Of a DNA stretch of 64,000 nt, positions 11,559-20,940 are shown in pieces. The translations under genes were made by a program, and so were the position numbers. Source of the DNA: Abditibacterium sp. Lineage in GTDB: Bacteria; Armatimonadota; Abditibacteriia; Abditibacteriales; Abditibacteriaceae. The stretch spans positions 4,192,001 to 4,256,000 of the forward strand of contig CBDASK010000003.1 in the NCBI GenBank assembly GCA_965199495.1, in the 5' to 3' direction. The notes beneath the pieces were generated by a model. It was not told the origin of the DNA. It worked only from the letters and a program-made list of their open reading frames with translations, and ran no database searches. Each line of letters opens with the position of its first letter. Position 1 is the stretch's first letter.

Positions 11559-11573
11559 CAAGGCGTTTTTGTT

Positions 11574-12368
11574 TTATTTCTGTTTGGCGGGAATAGTCAG
11601 CTTATAATCCAGATGATACGTTTTTCCGGTCAGTGCTTCAATTGTCACAGATGGAAAATCCTTGAATTTTTGTGGCTTGCCGTCCAAGACCGCTTCTGTT
11701 TCGGGCATGACGCCGAACGGCCCTGCGATATACAGACGAATTGAACCCGGTGGAACGCGCGCCTCGTAATGACCGGTTTCATCGGAAATCGCTGCCGCCG
11801 CGCTATCACCGGTTTTGGGACGATGTGGCCCTTCGCTGGCCACGTAAATTCCAGCGAGCGGGCGCCCGTTTTGATCAGTGATTTGGCCCTCGATGAGAGC
11901 GCCGCGCGTCAAAACGATGTCGCTGGAGCGGCGGCGTGTTTCGCCTTCTTTGGCCCACACGCCCTGCGCGGCGGGCGCCGTCCATTGCGCGGGCATTCCC
12001 AGCAAATAATAAACGACGCCCGGTTTACCGGTAATTTTGATGTTGTAGGGTGCCGTAACAAGGCCTGTCAAACGAAAAGTGCCATCGTTTTGCGTCAGAG
12101 CCATCACGTTGTTCTGGGCCTGAATAAAATCGACGGCTTTTTTGGTGTAAACGCCGCCCGGTTTGCGAGCGATGGCGCCTTTTTGCACCAGTTGCCATTG
12201 AAACGCGCGCTGCATTTCGGCGGCGATGTGAACGCCAGATGCCGGTTTGCCATCAGGATAAACGACGCGTCCAACAATCGTGCCTGTGCCATATTTCGCG
12301 GGCAATTCTTGCGCGGCGCTGACAGAAGCGATGGCGCCGACCAAAATTGGAGTTAGAAATTTAATCAT
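11574..12368 (-). CDS. Secreted protein with carboxypeptidase regulatory-like (transthyretin-like) repeats
   Basis: Signal peptide; two repeats GRVVYPDGKPASG and GQITDQNGRPLAG. Confidence 0.7.
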   Translation of the reverse strand: MIKFLTPILVGAIASVSAAQELPAKYGTGTIVGRVVYPDGKPASGVHIAAEMQRAFQWQLVQKGAIARKPGGVYTKKAVDFIQAQNNVMALTQNDGTFRLTGLVTAPYNIKITGKPGVVYYLLGMPAQWTAPAAQGVWAKEGETRRRSSDIVLTRGALIEGQITDQNGRPLAGIYVASEGPHRPKTGDSAAAAISDETGHYEARVPPGSIRLYIAGPFGVMPETEAVLDGKPQKFKDFPSVTIEALTGKTYHLDYKLTIPAKQK

Positions 12369-12410
12369 AATTTCCCTGTCGAATTCAACGTTCGATATTA
12401 TAACTGAATT

Positions 12411-12941
12411 TTAGCGTCCTTTCCAATGGTTCCAGTTGAGCAAGCACATCGCGTAAAAACGCGCGAGTTCGCGGTCGTTACGCTTGAGCTTATTCCAATT
12501 GTCGAAAGCGTCGCGGGTTTGCTCGACGAGTTTCTCGGCTTCGCTTCGAGTGAAGGGACGGCTCAAATCGTAATCGGCGCGGTGGCGTTCTTGTTGAAGA
12601 ATAACGAAGGCTCTGGCCAGCTTTTGGAGTTCGATTGATGCAGCCACGTCGTATTTAGGCCACAGAGGTTTAAGTAGATCAATGGGCGTACCTTTCCCTA
12701 TTTCTGCGCTCGCGCTCCTCATTGCGGTGTGCGAAAATCCACGCCCAACAAGCTGGCGCAGTGGTTTGGCGGCGTTCGCTGTTCCAACCGTTAGCAACGT
12801 CGCTTCTTCGATGAGAAAGTGAAAAAGCGCGTAGTAAGCCGCTGAGACCGCGCGGCGCAAATTCGCTTGTTTTGGACGACGCGTGTCCAACTGTAACAGA
12901 AAGTTCGCCTGACCCAACAAATCGTCCGTGTATTGGCTCAT
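12411..12941 (-). CDS. HEPN-domain protein (putative toxin)
   Basis: RRAVSAAYYALFH and ERHRADY motifs typical of HEPN family; ATGA overlap with upstream gene. Confidence 0.75.
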   Translation of the reverse strand: MSQYTDDLLGQANFLLQLDTRRPKQANLRRAVSAAYYALFHFLIEEATLLTVGTANAAKPLRQLVGRGFSHTAMRSASAEIGKGTPIDLLKPLWPKYDVAASIELQKLARAFVILQQERHRADYDLSRPFTRSEAEKLVEQTRDAFDNWNKLKRNDRELARFYAMCLLNWNHWKGR

Positions 12942-13225
12942 GCGCGCGCCTCGACGATTTCCTGCCATTCCGCCACTCGGCGCTCGCGGACATAAGGAAA
13001 AAAGTCGGGATAAACCGCGCGCGTGTAACGAAACGCTTCTTCTTCGAGCGGCTCAATTTTTTTCCAACTTAAGTCAGCATCGCTCACCTTATCATCGAGC
13101 AACAGCCACACGAATAGTGAATCTTCGCCTGTCCAATCGGGCGCGCGTTCGATAATAATCTGCTCGACTTTGGTAAAGCCCAGTTCATGCAAATGCGCTT
13201 TTAATTGTTCGGCGAATTGTTCCAT
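12938..13225 (-). CDS. Small acidic protein, possible degenerate MNT-like antitoxin
   Basis: 95 aa, translationally coupled to the HEPN gene; DWTGEDSLFVWLLL segment. Confidence 0.5.
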   Translation of the reverse strand: MEQFAEQLKAHLHELGFTKVEQIIIERAPDWTGEDSLFVWLLLDDKVSDADLSWKKIEPLEEEAFRYTRAVYPDFFPYVRERRVAEWQEIVEARA

Positions 13226-13289
13226 CCTTTAAGTATAAACTCCGCCCCAATCCGCCGCTTTGGGCGCGCGTCGTTCATACTATGGCGCG

Positions 13290-14708
13290 ATGTCCAATTC
13301 ACTCATCGAAGAGTTCCGCACGGCGGGACAACCACAGGTTTTCGCCTTTTATGATTCGCTCAACGACGCGCAAAAAGCGCGACTTATTCAGCAATCGCGC
13401 GAAATTGATTTAGACGAACTCGCCCAACTCAATCGCACTTTGGTCGCCGGACAGAGCGGCGCTAAATTCGATTATTCGATTTTAATTCCTGCACCGTTTG
13501 AACTTTTACCCAGCCACGGCGGCGACGCGCAAAAGTGGCAAAGCGCGCGTCAAACCGGCGAAGACGCTTTGCGCGCCGGGCGCGTGGCTGCTTTCACCGT
13601 CGCGGGCGGGCAGGGTACACGCTTGGGTTACGACGGGCCAAAAGGCACCTTTCCCGTGACGCCGGTTCAAAATCATACGTTGTTTCAGGTCTTCGCCGAA
13701 AAACTATTGGCGGCGGGCGCGCGTTATGGCAAACCGCTGCACTGGTTCGTCATGACGAGCGAGCAAAACCATGCGCAGACCGAAGCGTTTTTTCGTGAAC
13801 ACGATTATTTCGGATTGAGCGAAGATCACGTTCATCTGTTTCAGCAGGGCCGCATGCCCGCCGTTGACCACGATGGCAAAATTCTGCTTTCGGCGCCCGA
13901 CGAAATCGTTTTATCGGCCAACGGCCACGGCGGCTCATTGCGCGCTTTAGATCGCAGCGGTTCGCTCGACATTATGGAGCGCGCGGGCATTGACGTAATT
14001 TCGTATTTTCAGGTGGACAATCCGCTCGTTCACGTCATTGACGCGGCGTTCATCGGATTTCACGTTCAGGCCCAATCCGAGATGTCGAGCCGCGCTCTGC
14101 CCAAGGCCTACGCGGGCGAAAAAGTCGGCCATTTCTGTCTGGACGCGCACGGGCGTTTGATGGTCGTCGAATACTCCGATTTGCCGACCGAAATGCAGGA
14201 ACAGCGCGACGAAAACGGTAATTTGAAATTCGTCGCGGGCAGCATCGCGATTCATTTGCTCGACCGCGAATTTGTGCGGCGCATGGCGAGCGGTGAAGGT
14301 CAATTGCCGTTTCATCGCGCCGATAAGAAAATCCCGACGATTGATGCGCAGGGCAACGAAATCAAGCCCGATAAACCCAACGGCATCAAATTCGAGCTGT
14401 TCGTTTTCGACGCGCTACCGTTTGCGAAAAATCCGGTCGTCATCGAAACCAGTCGCGAATCCGAATTTTCGCCGGTCAAAAACGCCGAAGGCGTGGATTC
14501 GCCGCAAAGTTGCCGCGACGATCAAGTGCGCCAGTTCGCGCGCTGGGCCAACGCGGCGGGCGCGAACGTTGAAGTTGACGAAAGTGGCTTGCCCGCGTTT
14601 GCGTTCGAGGTTTCGCCGCTCTTCGCGACCGACGAAGAATCGTTTGCGCAAAGTTGGGCGAAGTTGGAGCCGAAACCCCAGATTGAGCAAGGAACGGTTT
14701 TGGCGTAA
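13290..14708 (+). CDS. UDPGP type 1 family (UDP-N-acetylglucosamine pyrophosphorylase-like)
   Basis: VAGGQGTRLGYDGPKG, NGHGG, FQVDNPL, KFELFVFD, EFSPVKNA motifs. Confidence 0.9.
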   Translation: MSNSLIEEFRTAGQPQVFAFYDSLNDAQKARLIQQSREIDLDELAQLNRTLVAGQSGAKFDYSILIPAPFELLPSHGGDAQKWQSARQTGEDALRAGRVAAFTVAGGQGTRLGYDGPKGTFPVTPVQNHTLFQVFAEKLLAAGARYGKPLHWFVMTSEQNHAQTEAFFREHDYFGLSEDHVHLFQQGRMPAVDHDGKILLSAPDEIVLSANGHGGSLRALDRSGSLDIMERAGIDVISYFQVDNPLVHVIDAAFIGFHVQAQSEMSSRALPKAYAGEKVGHFCLDAHGRLMVVEYSDLPTEMQEQRDENGNLKFVAGSIAIHLLDREFVRRMASGEGQLPFHRADKKIPTIDAQGNEIKPDKPNGIKFELFVFDALPFAKNPVVIETSRESEFSPVKNAEGVDSPQSCRDDQVRQFARWANAAGANVEVDESGLPAFAFEVSPLFATDEESFAQSWAKLEPKPQIEQGTVLA

Positions 14709-14765
14709 AACAGCGCGACACTCGTGTGCTTGAAACTCGCGCGCGCACGCGCTAAACCGCGTGCG

Positions 14766-15053
14766 ATGTTTTCTTGGATCAATCGAATCGTCGGCGCGCT
14801 ATTCTTTGGCGGTGGCTTGTGGGCGACTGGCGTTAGCGCCTATTACGTTTTTGCGGATTGGGGCACGCTCAACGCGTTTTATGCGCGCTTCGAGACGCTC
14901 ATCGCGGCCAACGCGCCGCTTCGCTCGCTCTACATCGTCGGGACGGAGCAGCAGGCGTTTCGCATCAACTGTTTCGCTGATGGCGTCGGCGTTTTGTTGG
15001 GCGCCATCGTCGCCGCGTTGGGCTGGATGATCTTGACGCGCGGGCCAAAATGA
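14766..15053 (+). CDS. Small membrane protein
   Basis: Two hydrophobic segments; overlaps the start of the next gene. Confidence 0.6.
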   Translation: MFSWINRIVGALFFGGGLWATGVSAYYVFADWGTLNAFYARFETLIAANAPLRSLYIVGTEQQAFRINCFADGVGVLLGAIVAALGWMILTRGPK

Positions 15054-15379
15054 ACATTCTTTATGTCGAAAATCACGCGCGTTTCGCGCGCATCGCCATC
15101 GCTGCGTTTTTAAGCGCGCACGAGGTCGAAGTGCAGCCGAGCATTGCGGCGGCGTTGGAAACTTTGCAAAACCAAGTTTTTGACGCGATTCTGGTGGATT
15201 ACGATCTGGACGATGGCAAAGGCGATTGTATCGTTCGAGTCGCCGCGCAGTTGCAGCCACGGCCACGCATCATCGCGGTTTCGGCGCACGATGAAGGCAA
15301 TAACGCGCTCGTTGCGGTGGGCGCCGATGCGGTTTGTTCCAAGTTGAATTTCGCTTCGATTGGCCAGTTTCTGGAGTGA
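15050..15379 (+). CDS. Single-domain response regulator receiver
   Basis: MNILYVEN..FDAILVDYDL..IIAVSA..GADAVCSK receiver pattern. Confidence 0.85.
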   Translation: MNILYVENHARFARIAIAAFLSAHEVEVQPSIAAALETLQNQVFDAILVDYDLDDGKGDCIVRVAAQLQPRPRIIAVSAHDEGNNALVAVGADAVCSKLNFASIGQFLE

Positions 15380-15487
15380 ACGAGCGTTTGTTGTGCGCTT
15401 GAGTTGTCGTTTCTCGGCTTCGCTTGAAAGGACACGCAAGCGAAATTGCGACTCGTGTAGTGCTTCCTACTGAAGAGGTTATATATT

Positions 15488-15565
15488 CAGCGGGGCTGAC
15501 GCCCTCTTCCAATCGGCGGAGTTCCGCGAAAGCATGCCGATTGGAAGAGGGCGTCAGCCCCGCTG
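15488..15565. repeat. Perfect 30-bp inverted repeat (REP-like)
   Basis: cagcggggctgacgccctcttccaatcggc at 15488-15517; exact reverse complement at 15536-15565. Confidence 0.85.
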
Positions 15566-15622
15566 GTGTAGCTTGCTGATGAGGAAGGGCGATAACTTCC
15601 AAGAAGAACAATTTGCGAAAAC

Positions 15623-15660
15623 AAAAAGGCGCGCCTCCCACCGGGAAGCGCGCTTTTTTT
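15623..15660. terminator. Bidirectional intrinsic terminator
   Basis: aaaaaggcgcgcctccc-acc-gggaagcgcgcttttttt between convergent genes. Confidence 0.75.
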
Positions 15661-15670
15661 GTCGCAACAT

Positions 15671-18319
15671 TTACTTTACCGAAACCAGTCCGGCGTCTAT
15701 GTATTTGTCGCCGCCACTGTCGTGGACGTGAATCGCCATCACGTTTGCGCCGGGTTTGAGCGCGGCGATGGCTTCCTTAGACATTGGAAACTCTTCGTAA
15801 CCTCCGTTGGCGCCCGGCGCTCTGGTCGCTTGCACGCCGTTGAGATAAACCTCGGCATCGTCGTCATGATAGAGCATCAGTTGCAACGCGTTGCGGTCGG
15901 CGAGTTGAGCCGCAGTCAGGTTGAAGGTGCGGCGCACCCATAAATCGGATGTCGTCCACGGCGTGCCGATGACGGCGGCGCTGACATCGCGCTGCATGCC
16001 AAAACCGCCGGGGCCGGATTGCCATGTCGAATCGTCGAACTCGGATTTGAACCAACCATCCGCCGGTTGCGCGTCGGTATATTTCCAGATCACGTTGGTC
16101 TTGTCCGAAGTCGGCGCCAACATCGTCACGATTGGCGGCGCGGGAATCGGCGCCCAGTTCTCGTTGACGTTTTTCGAGGCCGCGATGTCGCGCTGCGCCC
16201 ACTTGTTCCAGATCGCCTTGTTGTTCAGCATCGGCATGAACACGCCGCCAATCGCTGAGCGCGCCTTAAAGCCGCGTTGCGTGCCTTCGATGGTGTTATA
16301 CCAATCGGTCATCGGCACGCGCGAAGGCGATTCGTTCAAGAAATCGTAAATCGGCCCGGCGAACGCCTCGACATCCGCTTTGTTGTCGGTCAGCGCCGCG
16401 CTCCACAACGTCCAATCGAGTTTGGTATACGTCGCGCGACTATCCAAAGGCACACCGTAACGGTTGAGTTTGGTCTTGTAATATGCGACTTCGGCTTCGT
16501 CCACGCTGGCGGGAAACAGGTCAATGCCCAGAATTTTATCCCACACGATATTATATTTCTGGCTCCAGGTGCCCGATTTATCGAACGCCAATTTGTAGTG
16601 ATCTCCGTCTTTGGCCGCGTCCTGCCACTGCTGGCTCATGCCCTGCGCGATTTTGCGCACGCGCGTGGCCTCAGCGTTATCGCCGCGCATTTTCGCCATC
16701 ATCGCATAAGCGCCGATGGCCTCAATGCTCTTGCCCGACAAATTCACGCTATGCGCCATGTGCCCGGCGAAATCGTCGGTCGAAAGCTGATTGTCCAGAT
16801 CGTAACCTTTGCTCATCAGGAAATTTGCCCATTTGGTCAGCGTGGGCCAATAACGGTCAGCGTATTTGGTGTTGCCCTCGACCTGGCTTAGCGCGCCCAT
16901 CAAAATCAGCATATTGCCCGATTCCTCGACCGGCATTTTGCCGCTCACGTCACCGTTAGCCGGAATGTTTTCGCCGCCGCCATAAGTCATGCCGGTGGCT
17001 TTGGGGTAGGTGCCGAGATCGTGCGGCGCGAAATCGAACGGCCAGCGCGAACTGCTCGAATAGAGCATCGTCGGCTCCATCGTCGCTTTGAGTAGGGTTG
17101 GCGAGAGCAGCAACATCTGCGGACTGGCCGGATACATCAAATCCACCGTGCCCGCCGAGCCGTTGGAGTTGTTCTCTTTAGAAACCGAGAGCGGCGCGCC
17201 GTTGGCATCGGCCACGATTTTCTGCGCCGCCAGCGCCTGACGATGCGCCAAGACCACCAAACGCTCATATTTTTCGCCGCCGACGGTGCGCAAATCGGCC
17301 ATCAACTCGTTGTCGAAAGCAATGCAGCGCGTATTCAAACTCGCATAATCTTTGGCCGCGACATCCAGCAGACCGAGCGCATCCATGCCGTTGCGGCGCC
17401 AATACGGACGCAACTGCTTGCCCATCCAGTTGAGCGAATATTCGTCGTCATACGCCACCATCATGGTGCGCGAAACCGGTTTGGCGCCGACGCTTCCGAC
17501 GTTGAACGACAGAGCAGCCACCGGCGCGCGGTCGGCCATCGTCGGCGTGGCTGCTACGTCGCGGGTGGGCAAATTGCCCGACCGGCCCCACGCCATTTGC
17601 GCATCTTCGCGCTGCGCCAAAACGCTTTGCAGACCGCTCTGGTTGGGCGCGGCGAGATAAAGATAGCCCCAGTCAATGCGCAAATCGTCGCCTTTTTTGG
17701 CCAAAACCGGCTGGTCAACCGAACCAATCTTGAGCGCCGTGATGTCGCCTTTGGATGCGCGTTCCCAGCTCACCTGTTGTTGGTTCGCTTCGTTGACAGT
17801 CAAGTTAGCAGCGGCGTCGGCATAGAATTGCACGTCGTGGCTTTTGCCGTCGAGCGAGCGCACCAAAAACGAAACGTAGGTTACGGGCCGCGCCAAAACT
17901 TCCAAATCGGATGGAATCGCGGGCGTCATGAAAACCAGTTGCACCTGCACTTTTTCGTTCTGGAACGTGTAAATCGTGCGCGTGGGCGTGACTGTAACGC
18001 TCTTTTGCGGGAGCGACGCCGATTCTTCGGGTTGCGTGCCCATCAGGCGAAAGGTCTGGCCGTCCACGCGCGCCATCGCGTTCAAACTGTTCTCGCGGCC
18101 CGTCCAATGGCGCGTCGAGTCGCTGTAAAGTTTGTTGCTGTTCGACCACACCGAAAAATACGGATCGTGCGTCACGAGCGGCACCGAAGGCGGACGAAAC
18201 GGCGCCAGTTCGGCGCTCGCATTCATTTGTTGCGCCTGCGATTGGGGCGCCGCGAGCGCAACCAAGGTCAACAGACCAACGGGCGCCAACACTTGCAAGG
18301 AAAGATGGGATGTCTTCAT
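15671..18319 (-). CDS. GtaA-like (DUF5127/DUF4965) secreted protein with C-terminal sugar-binding domain
   Basis: PLVTHDPYFSVWS, KENNSNG, APHDLGTYP, MPVEESGNM, TDDFAG, WSQKYN motifs. Confidence 0.85.
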   Translation of the reverse strand: MKTSHLSLQVLAPVGLLTLVALAAPQSQAQQMNASAELAPFRPPSVPLVTHDPYFSVWSNSNKLYSDSTRHWTGRENSLNAMARVDGQTFRLMGTQPEESASLPQKSVTVTPTRTIYTFQNEKVQVQLVFMTPAIPSDLEVLARPVTYVSFLVRSLDGKSHDVQFYADAAANLTVNEANQQQVSWERASKGDITALKIGSVDQPVLAKKGDDLRIDWGYLYLAAPNQSGLQSVLAQREDAQMAWGRSGNLPTRDVAATPTMADRAPVAALSFNVGSVGAKPVSRTMMVAYDDEYSLNWMGKQLRPYWRRNGMDALGLLDVAAKDYASLNTRCIAFDNELMADLRTVGGEKYERLVVLAHRQALAAQKIVADANGAPLSVSKENNSNGSAGTVDLMYPASPQMLLLSPTLLKATMEPTMLYSSSSRWPFDFAPHDLGTYPKATGMTYGGGENIPANGDVSGKMPVEESGNMLILMGALSQVEGNTKYADRYWPTLTKWANFLMSKGYDLDNQLSTDDFAGHMAHSVNLSGKSIEAIGAYAMMAKMRGDNAEATRVRKIAQGMSQQWQDAAKDGDHYKLAFDKSGTWSQKYNIVWDKILGIDLFPASVDEAEVAYYKTKLNRYGVPLDSRATYTKLDWTLWSAALTDNKADVEAFAGPIYDFLNESPSRVPMTDWYNTIEGTQRGFKARSAIGGVFMPMLNNKAIWNKWAQRDIAASKNVNENWAPIPAPPIVTMLAPTSDKTNVIWKYTDAQPADGWFKSEFDDSTWQSGPGGFGMQRDVSAAVIGTPWTTSDLWVRRTFNLTAAQLADRNALQLMLYHDDDAEVYLNGVQATRAPGANGGYEEFPMSKEAIAALKPGANVMAIHVHDSGGDKYIDAGLVSVK

Positions 18320-18394
18320 AAATTGGGGTGCCCAACAGTTTAATGGATAGAAGTCGCGCCGTTGCGCTTGCCGTGAAATGACGATTTGAAATTT

Positions 18395-18964
18395 CTACTT
18401 TTTCATTTCGCTATCGCCCTGCAACTTCGAGCCGACCGGGCCTTGCTGCCCGGCATATTTGCCTTTGTAGGGCCGCGACGATGGCGACGAAATGCGCTCG
18501 AACGTCATCGAACAGATGCGCATGCCGGGATAGAGAGCCACCGGCATCGGGCCGATGTTGCCCAACTCCATCACGCAACGCCCGGCGAAACCGGGGAAAA
18601 ACATCGGCGCCGTGCCGTGAACAATAATGCCCAAACGCCCCAGCGACGAGCGGCCTTCCAAACGCCCCAACATATCGGCGGGCAGCGAAATCTCTTCAAT
18701 TGTCGCGGCCAAAACCAATTCCTGCGGGTGCATAATAAACGGTTCGTCGGCGGGCACGGTGACGATGCGCGTGAACGCGTCCCAGTTGATGCCTTCGCGC
18801 GGGTCAATGAACGCGGTGCGCGCGCGCTCGAAAACGCGGAATTCGTCGCCCAATCGCAAATCGAGCGAACAGGCGCCCAATTGCGTTTCCATATCGGGCG
18901 CGGGATTAATCGTGATGTCGCCGCGTTCGAGGGCGGCTAATAAATCGGTGTCGGATAAAACCAT
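18395..18964 (-). CDS. dcd: dCTP deaminase
   Basis: MVLSDTD, SLDLRLG, EGRSSLGRLG, LYPGMRIC, PYKGKY. Confidence 0.93.
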   Translation of the reverse strand: MVLSDTDLLAALERGDITINPAPDMETQLGACSLDLRLGDEFRVFERARTAFIDPREGINWDAFTRIVTVPADEPFIMHPQELVLAATIEEISLPADMLGRLEGRSSLGRLGIIVHGTAPMFFPGFAGRCVMELGNIGPMPVALYPGMRICSMTFERISSPSSRPYKGKYAGQQGPVGSKLQGDSEMKK

Positions 18965-19070
18965 AATGACGGCATTGGGCCGCCCTTGAATTTTAACGCA
19001 GTAGGCGAATGACGCGCCAGAAGTGAATTACAATGATGTGGCTTGGATTATTGAGAACGGATTTTTTCTC

Positions 19071-19175
19071 TTTCAACGACAAGCTCACCCGCCGCCGGAA
19101 GCGCAGTGAGTGAAGGGAGCTTGCGACCGAAACGAACGGAGCTGTAGGCGGTCGGGTGCAGCGCCTTGTTCTGCC
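19071..19175 (-). mobile_element. Integron attC site
   Basis: Minus strand: R'' GGCAGAAC, aaggcgctgcacccgaccgcc...ggcggcgggtgagcttgtc (imperfect hairpin), R' GTTGAAA; directly after the cassette ORF. Confidence 0.85.
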
Positions 19176-19192
19176 GGTGTTAGGTTGCTTGG

Positions 19193-19690
19193 CTATAAGT
19201 TCTTGTGTCTTGTCTCAGCACGCCGGAGAACCTTGACGACCTGCGGTAATTTCATCTCTTGAGCATATTGTAACGCAGTTTGACCGCCTTCATTCTGCAA
19301 TAGAGGATTTGCGCCAGCATCAAGTAATAGCTGTGCCGCTTGGGGCGTGGGGGCGAGCATCAAGGCTGTGAACTCACGACCAATTCTTTTATTTACGTCA
19401 GCTCCACCTGTTATTAACACCTTCATAATCTTGAGGTCTGACTTTTCAGTGGCCCAAATCAGAGGAGTGCCTCCAACAAGTCCTCCGGCTCCAATGCGAT
19501 TGGGATTGGCTCCCCTTTGCAAGAGGTTATTTACTTCGGAAGCGTTTCCCGCTTCAATAGCATGGTAAACGTCGGCACTCAAGTATAATTCCCAAATAGC
19601 TCGCCTCACAGGTGTCAAAACGAGCGATAGAAATGCCAATAGCACAATGCCGATAAAAACGGGCCACTTTCGTTTTGATATAGCTTTCAT
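19193..19690 (-). CDS. Ankyrin-repeat protein (integron gene cassette)
   Basis: GGTPLIWA..GADVN, TALMLA, GQTALQYA; N-terminal TM segment; lower GC; flanked by attI and attC. Confidence 0.88.
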   Translation of the reverse strand: MKAISKRKWPVFIGIVLLAFLSLVLTPVRRAIWELYLSADVYHAIEAGNASEVNNLLQRGANPNRIGAGGLVGGTPLIWATEKSDLKIMKVLITGGADVNKRIGREFTALMLAPTPQAAQLLLDAGANPLLQNEGGQTALQYAQEMKLPQVVKVLRRAETRHKNL

Positions 19691-19762
19691 CTTTTTTACA
19701 CCTCCAACAGCGCATTTGTAATTTCATTATAACTTCCGGCATTCGTCCACGCCACGCGCACC

Positions 19763-19800
19763 GGTAGAACAATGTTATTATGCCGCAAATTTACACTTAT
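19763..19800 (-). mobile_element. Integron attI site (crossover G|TTCTACC at about 19770)
   Basis: Minus strand AACATTG|TTCTACC; GTTCTACC is near-complementary to the cassette R'' GGCAGAAC; lies between the cassette and divergent intI. Confidence 0.65.
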
Positions 19801-19968
19801 CTGCGGTATAACTCCGTGCAACGCCGGTTATTTTACCGCCAATTCCCTCGCATCGCAAAAAGCGGTATAATACCGTCTATCATGGCTTATCTCCGCAACG
19901 ATGGGCATCGCTCGATGTAACATAACGCGAAATCCATCACTGAATTTATCGAGGCTTGTCGAGCCTAT

Positions 19969-20883
19969 ATGCGCATACGGCGGTTGAGTTTGCAGACCGA
20001 AAAATCGTATCTGGCTTATATCCGGCGTTACCTTGAATTTCACCGGCGCAAGCCGCACGAAATGGGAGAAGCTGAAGTCGAAGAATTCCTGACGCATCTG
20101 GTGATGAGCGACCGTATCGCCAAAGCAACACAAAATGTGGCTTTTAGCGCGCTGCTCACTCTTTACCGCGAGATTTTGGGACTCGAACTCGAAAACGTGA
20201 ATGCGCTTCGGTCACAGCGGCCACGGCGCGCGCCTGTTGTCTTATCCAAAAGCGAAATCCAACGGGTTTTTGCCCGACTCCCGCCGCAGCAATGGTTAAT
20301 TGCTGCGGTGATCTACGGCGCTGGTCTGCGTTTGTTCGAGTGCCAGCGCTTGCGCGTCAAAGATGTAGATTTCGAGAACGGTTTGTTGATGATTCGCGCG
20401 GGCAAAGGCAACAAAGACCGGCCCGCCGTATTTCCGCAATCTTTATACCGCGCGCTCTACGATCATCTGAGCGAAGCCAGGGCGGCGTGGCTGCTCGCGC
20501 AAGCGGCGCAACCCTTGCCGGTTTCAATGCCCGACGCGTTGGCGCGCAAATATCCGGGCGCGCCGTTTGAGTGGAGCTGGCAATATGTCTTCTCCGCTCC
20601 CAAACCTTCGATTGACCCGCTCGATGGAACGCTCAAGCGCCATCATTTTCTGGAAGACACTTTTCAACGCGCGCTCAAAAAGGCGACCGCCCAAACCAAC
20701 GTCAATAAGAAAGTTTCGCCCCACACGCTGCGCCATTCGTTCGCCACGCACCTGCTCGAAAGCGGCTACGACATTCGCACCGTGCAAGATTTGCTGGGCC
20801 ACAAAGATATTCGCACCACGCAAATTTATCTGCACACCATGAATCGGCCCGGATTGGGCGTTAAAAGCCCGCTCGATGCTTAA
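19969..20883 (+). CDS. intI: Integron integrase (tyrosine recombinase)
   Basis: YGAGLRLFEC, GKGNKDR, integron-specific patch MPDALARKYPGAPFEWSWQYVF, HTLRHSFATHLL, LLGHKDIRTTQIY; possible N-terminal nonsense codon at 19918. Confidence 0.93.
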   Translation: MRIRRLSLQTEKSYLAYIRRYLEFHRRKPHEMGEAEVEEFLTHLVMSDRIAKATQNVAFSALLTLYREILGLELENVNALRSQRPRRAPVVLSKSEIQRVFARLPPQQWLIAAVIYGAGLRLFECQRLRVKDVDFENGLLMIRAGKGNKDRPAVFPQSLYRALYDHLSEARAAWLLAQAAQPLPVSMPDALARKYPGAPFEWSWQYVFSAPKPSIDPLDGTLKRHHFLEDTFQRALKKATAQTNVNKKVSPHTLRHSFATHLLESGYDIRTVQDLLGHKDIRTTQIYLHTMNRPGLGVKSPLDA

Positions 20884-20940
20884 ACTGCGCGGCGCCGTCG
20901 CGTGATTGGTGCAAACTGTGGCGGACATCCGGCGCTTTTT

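Noticed and set aside
11332..11607. Short ORFs on both strands after glyA
   Set aside because: Artefacts of the palindromic repeat
18395..18964. dcd as an integron cassette or anti-phage dCTP deaminase
   Set aside because: Housekeeping trimeric Dcd motifs, host-like composition and no following attC
19969..20883. Tyrosine recombinase as the prophage integrase
   Set aside because: It has the integron-specific patch and attI/attC context, and a host DUF58 gene separates it from the prophage
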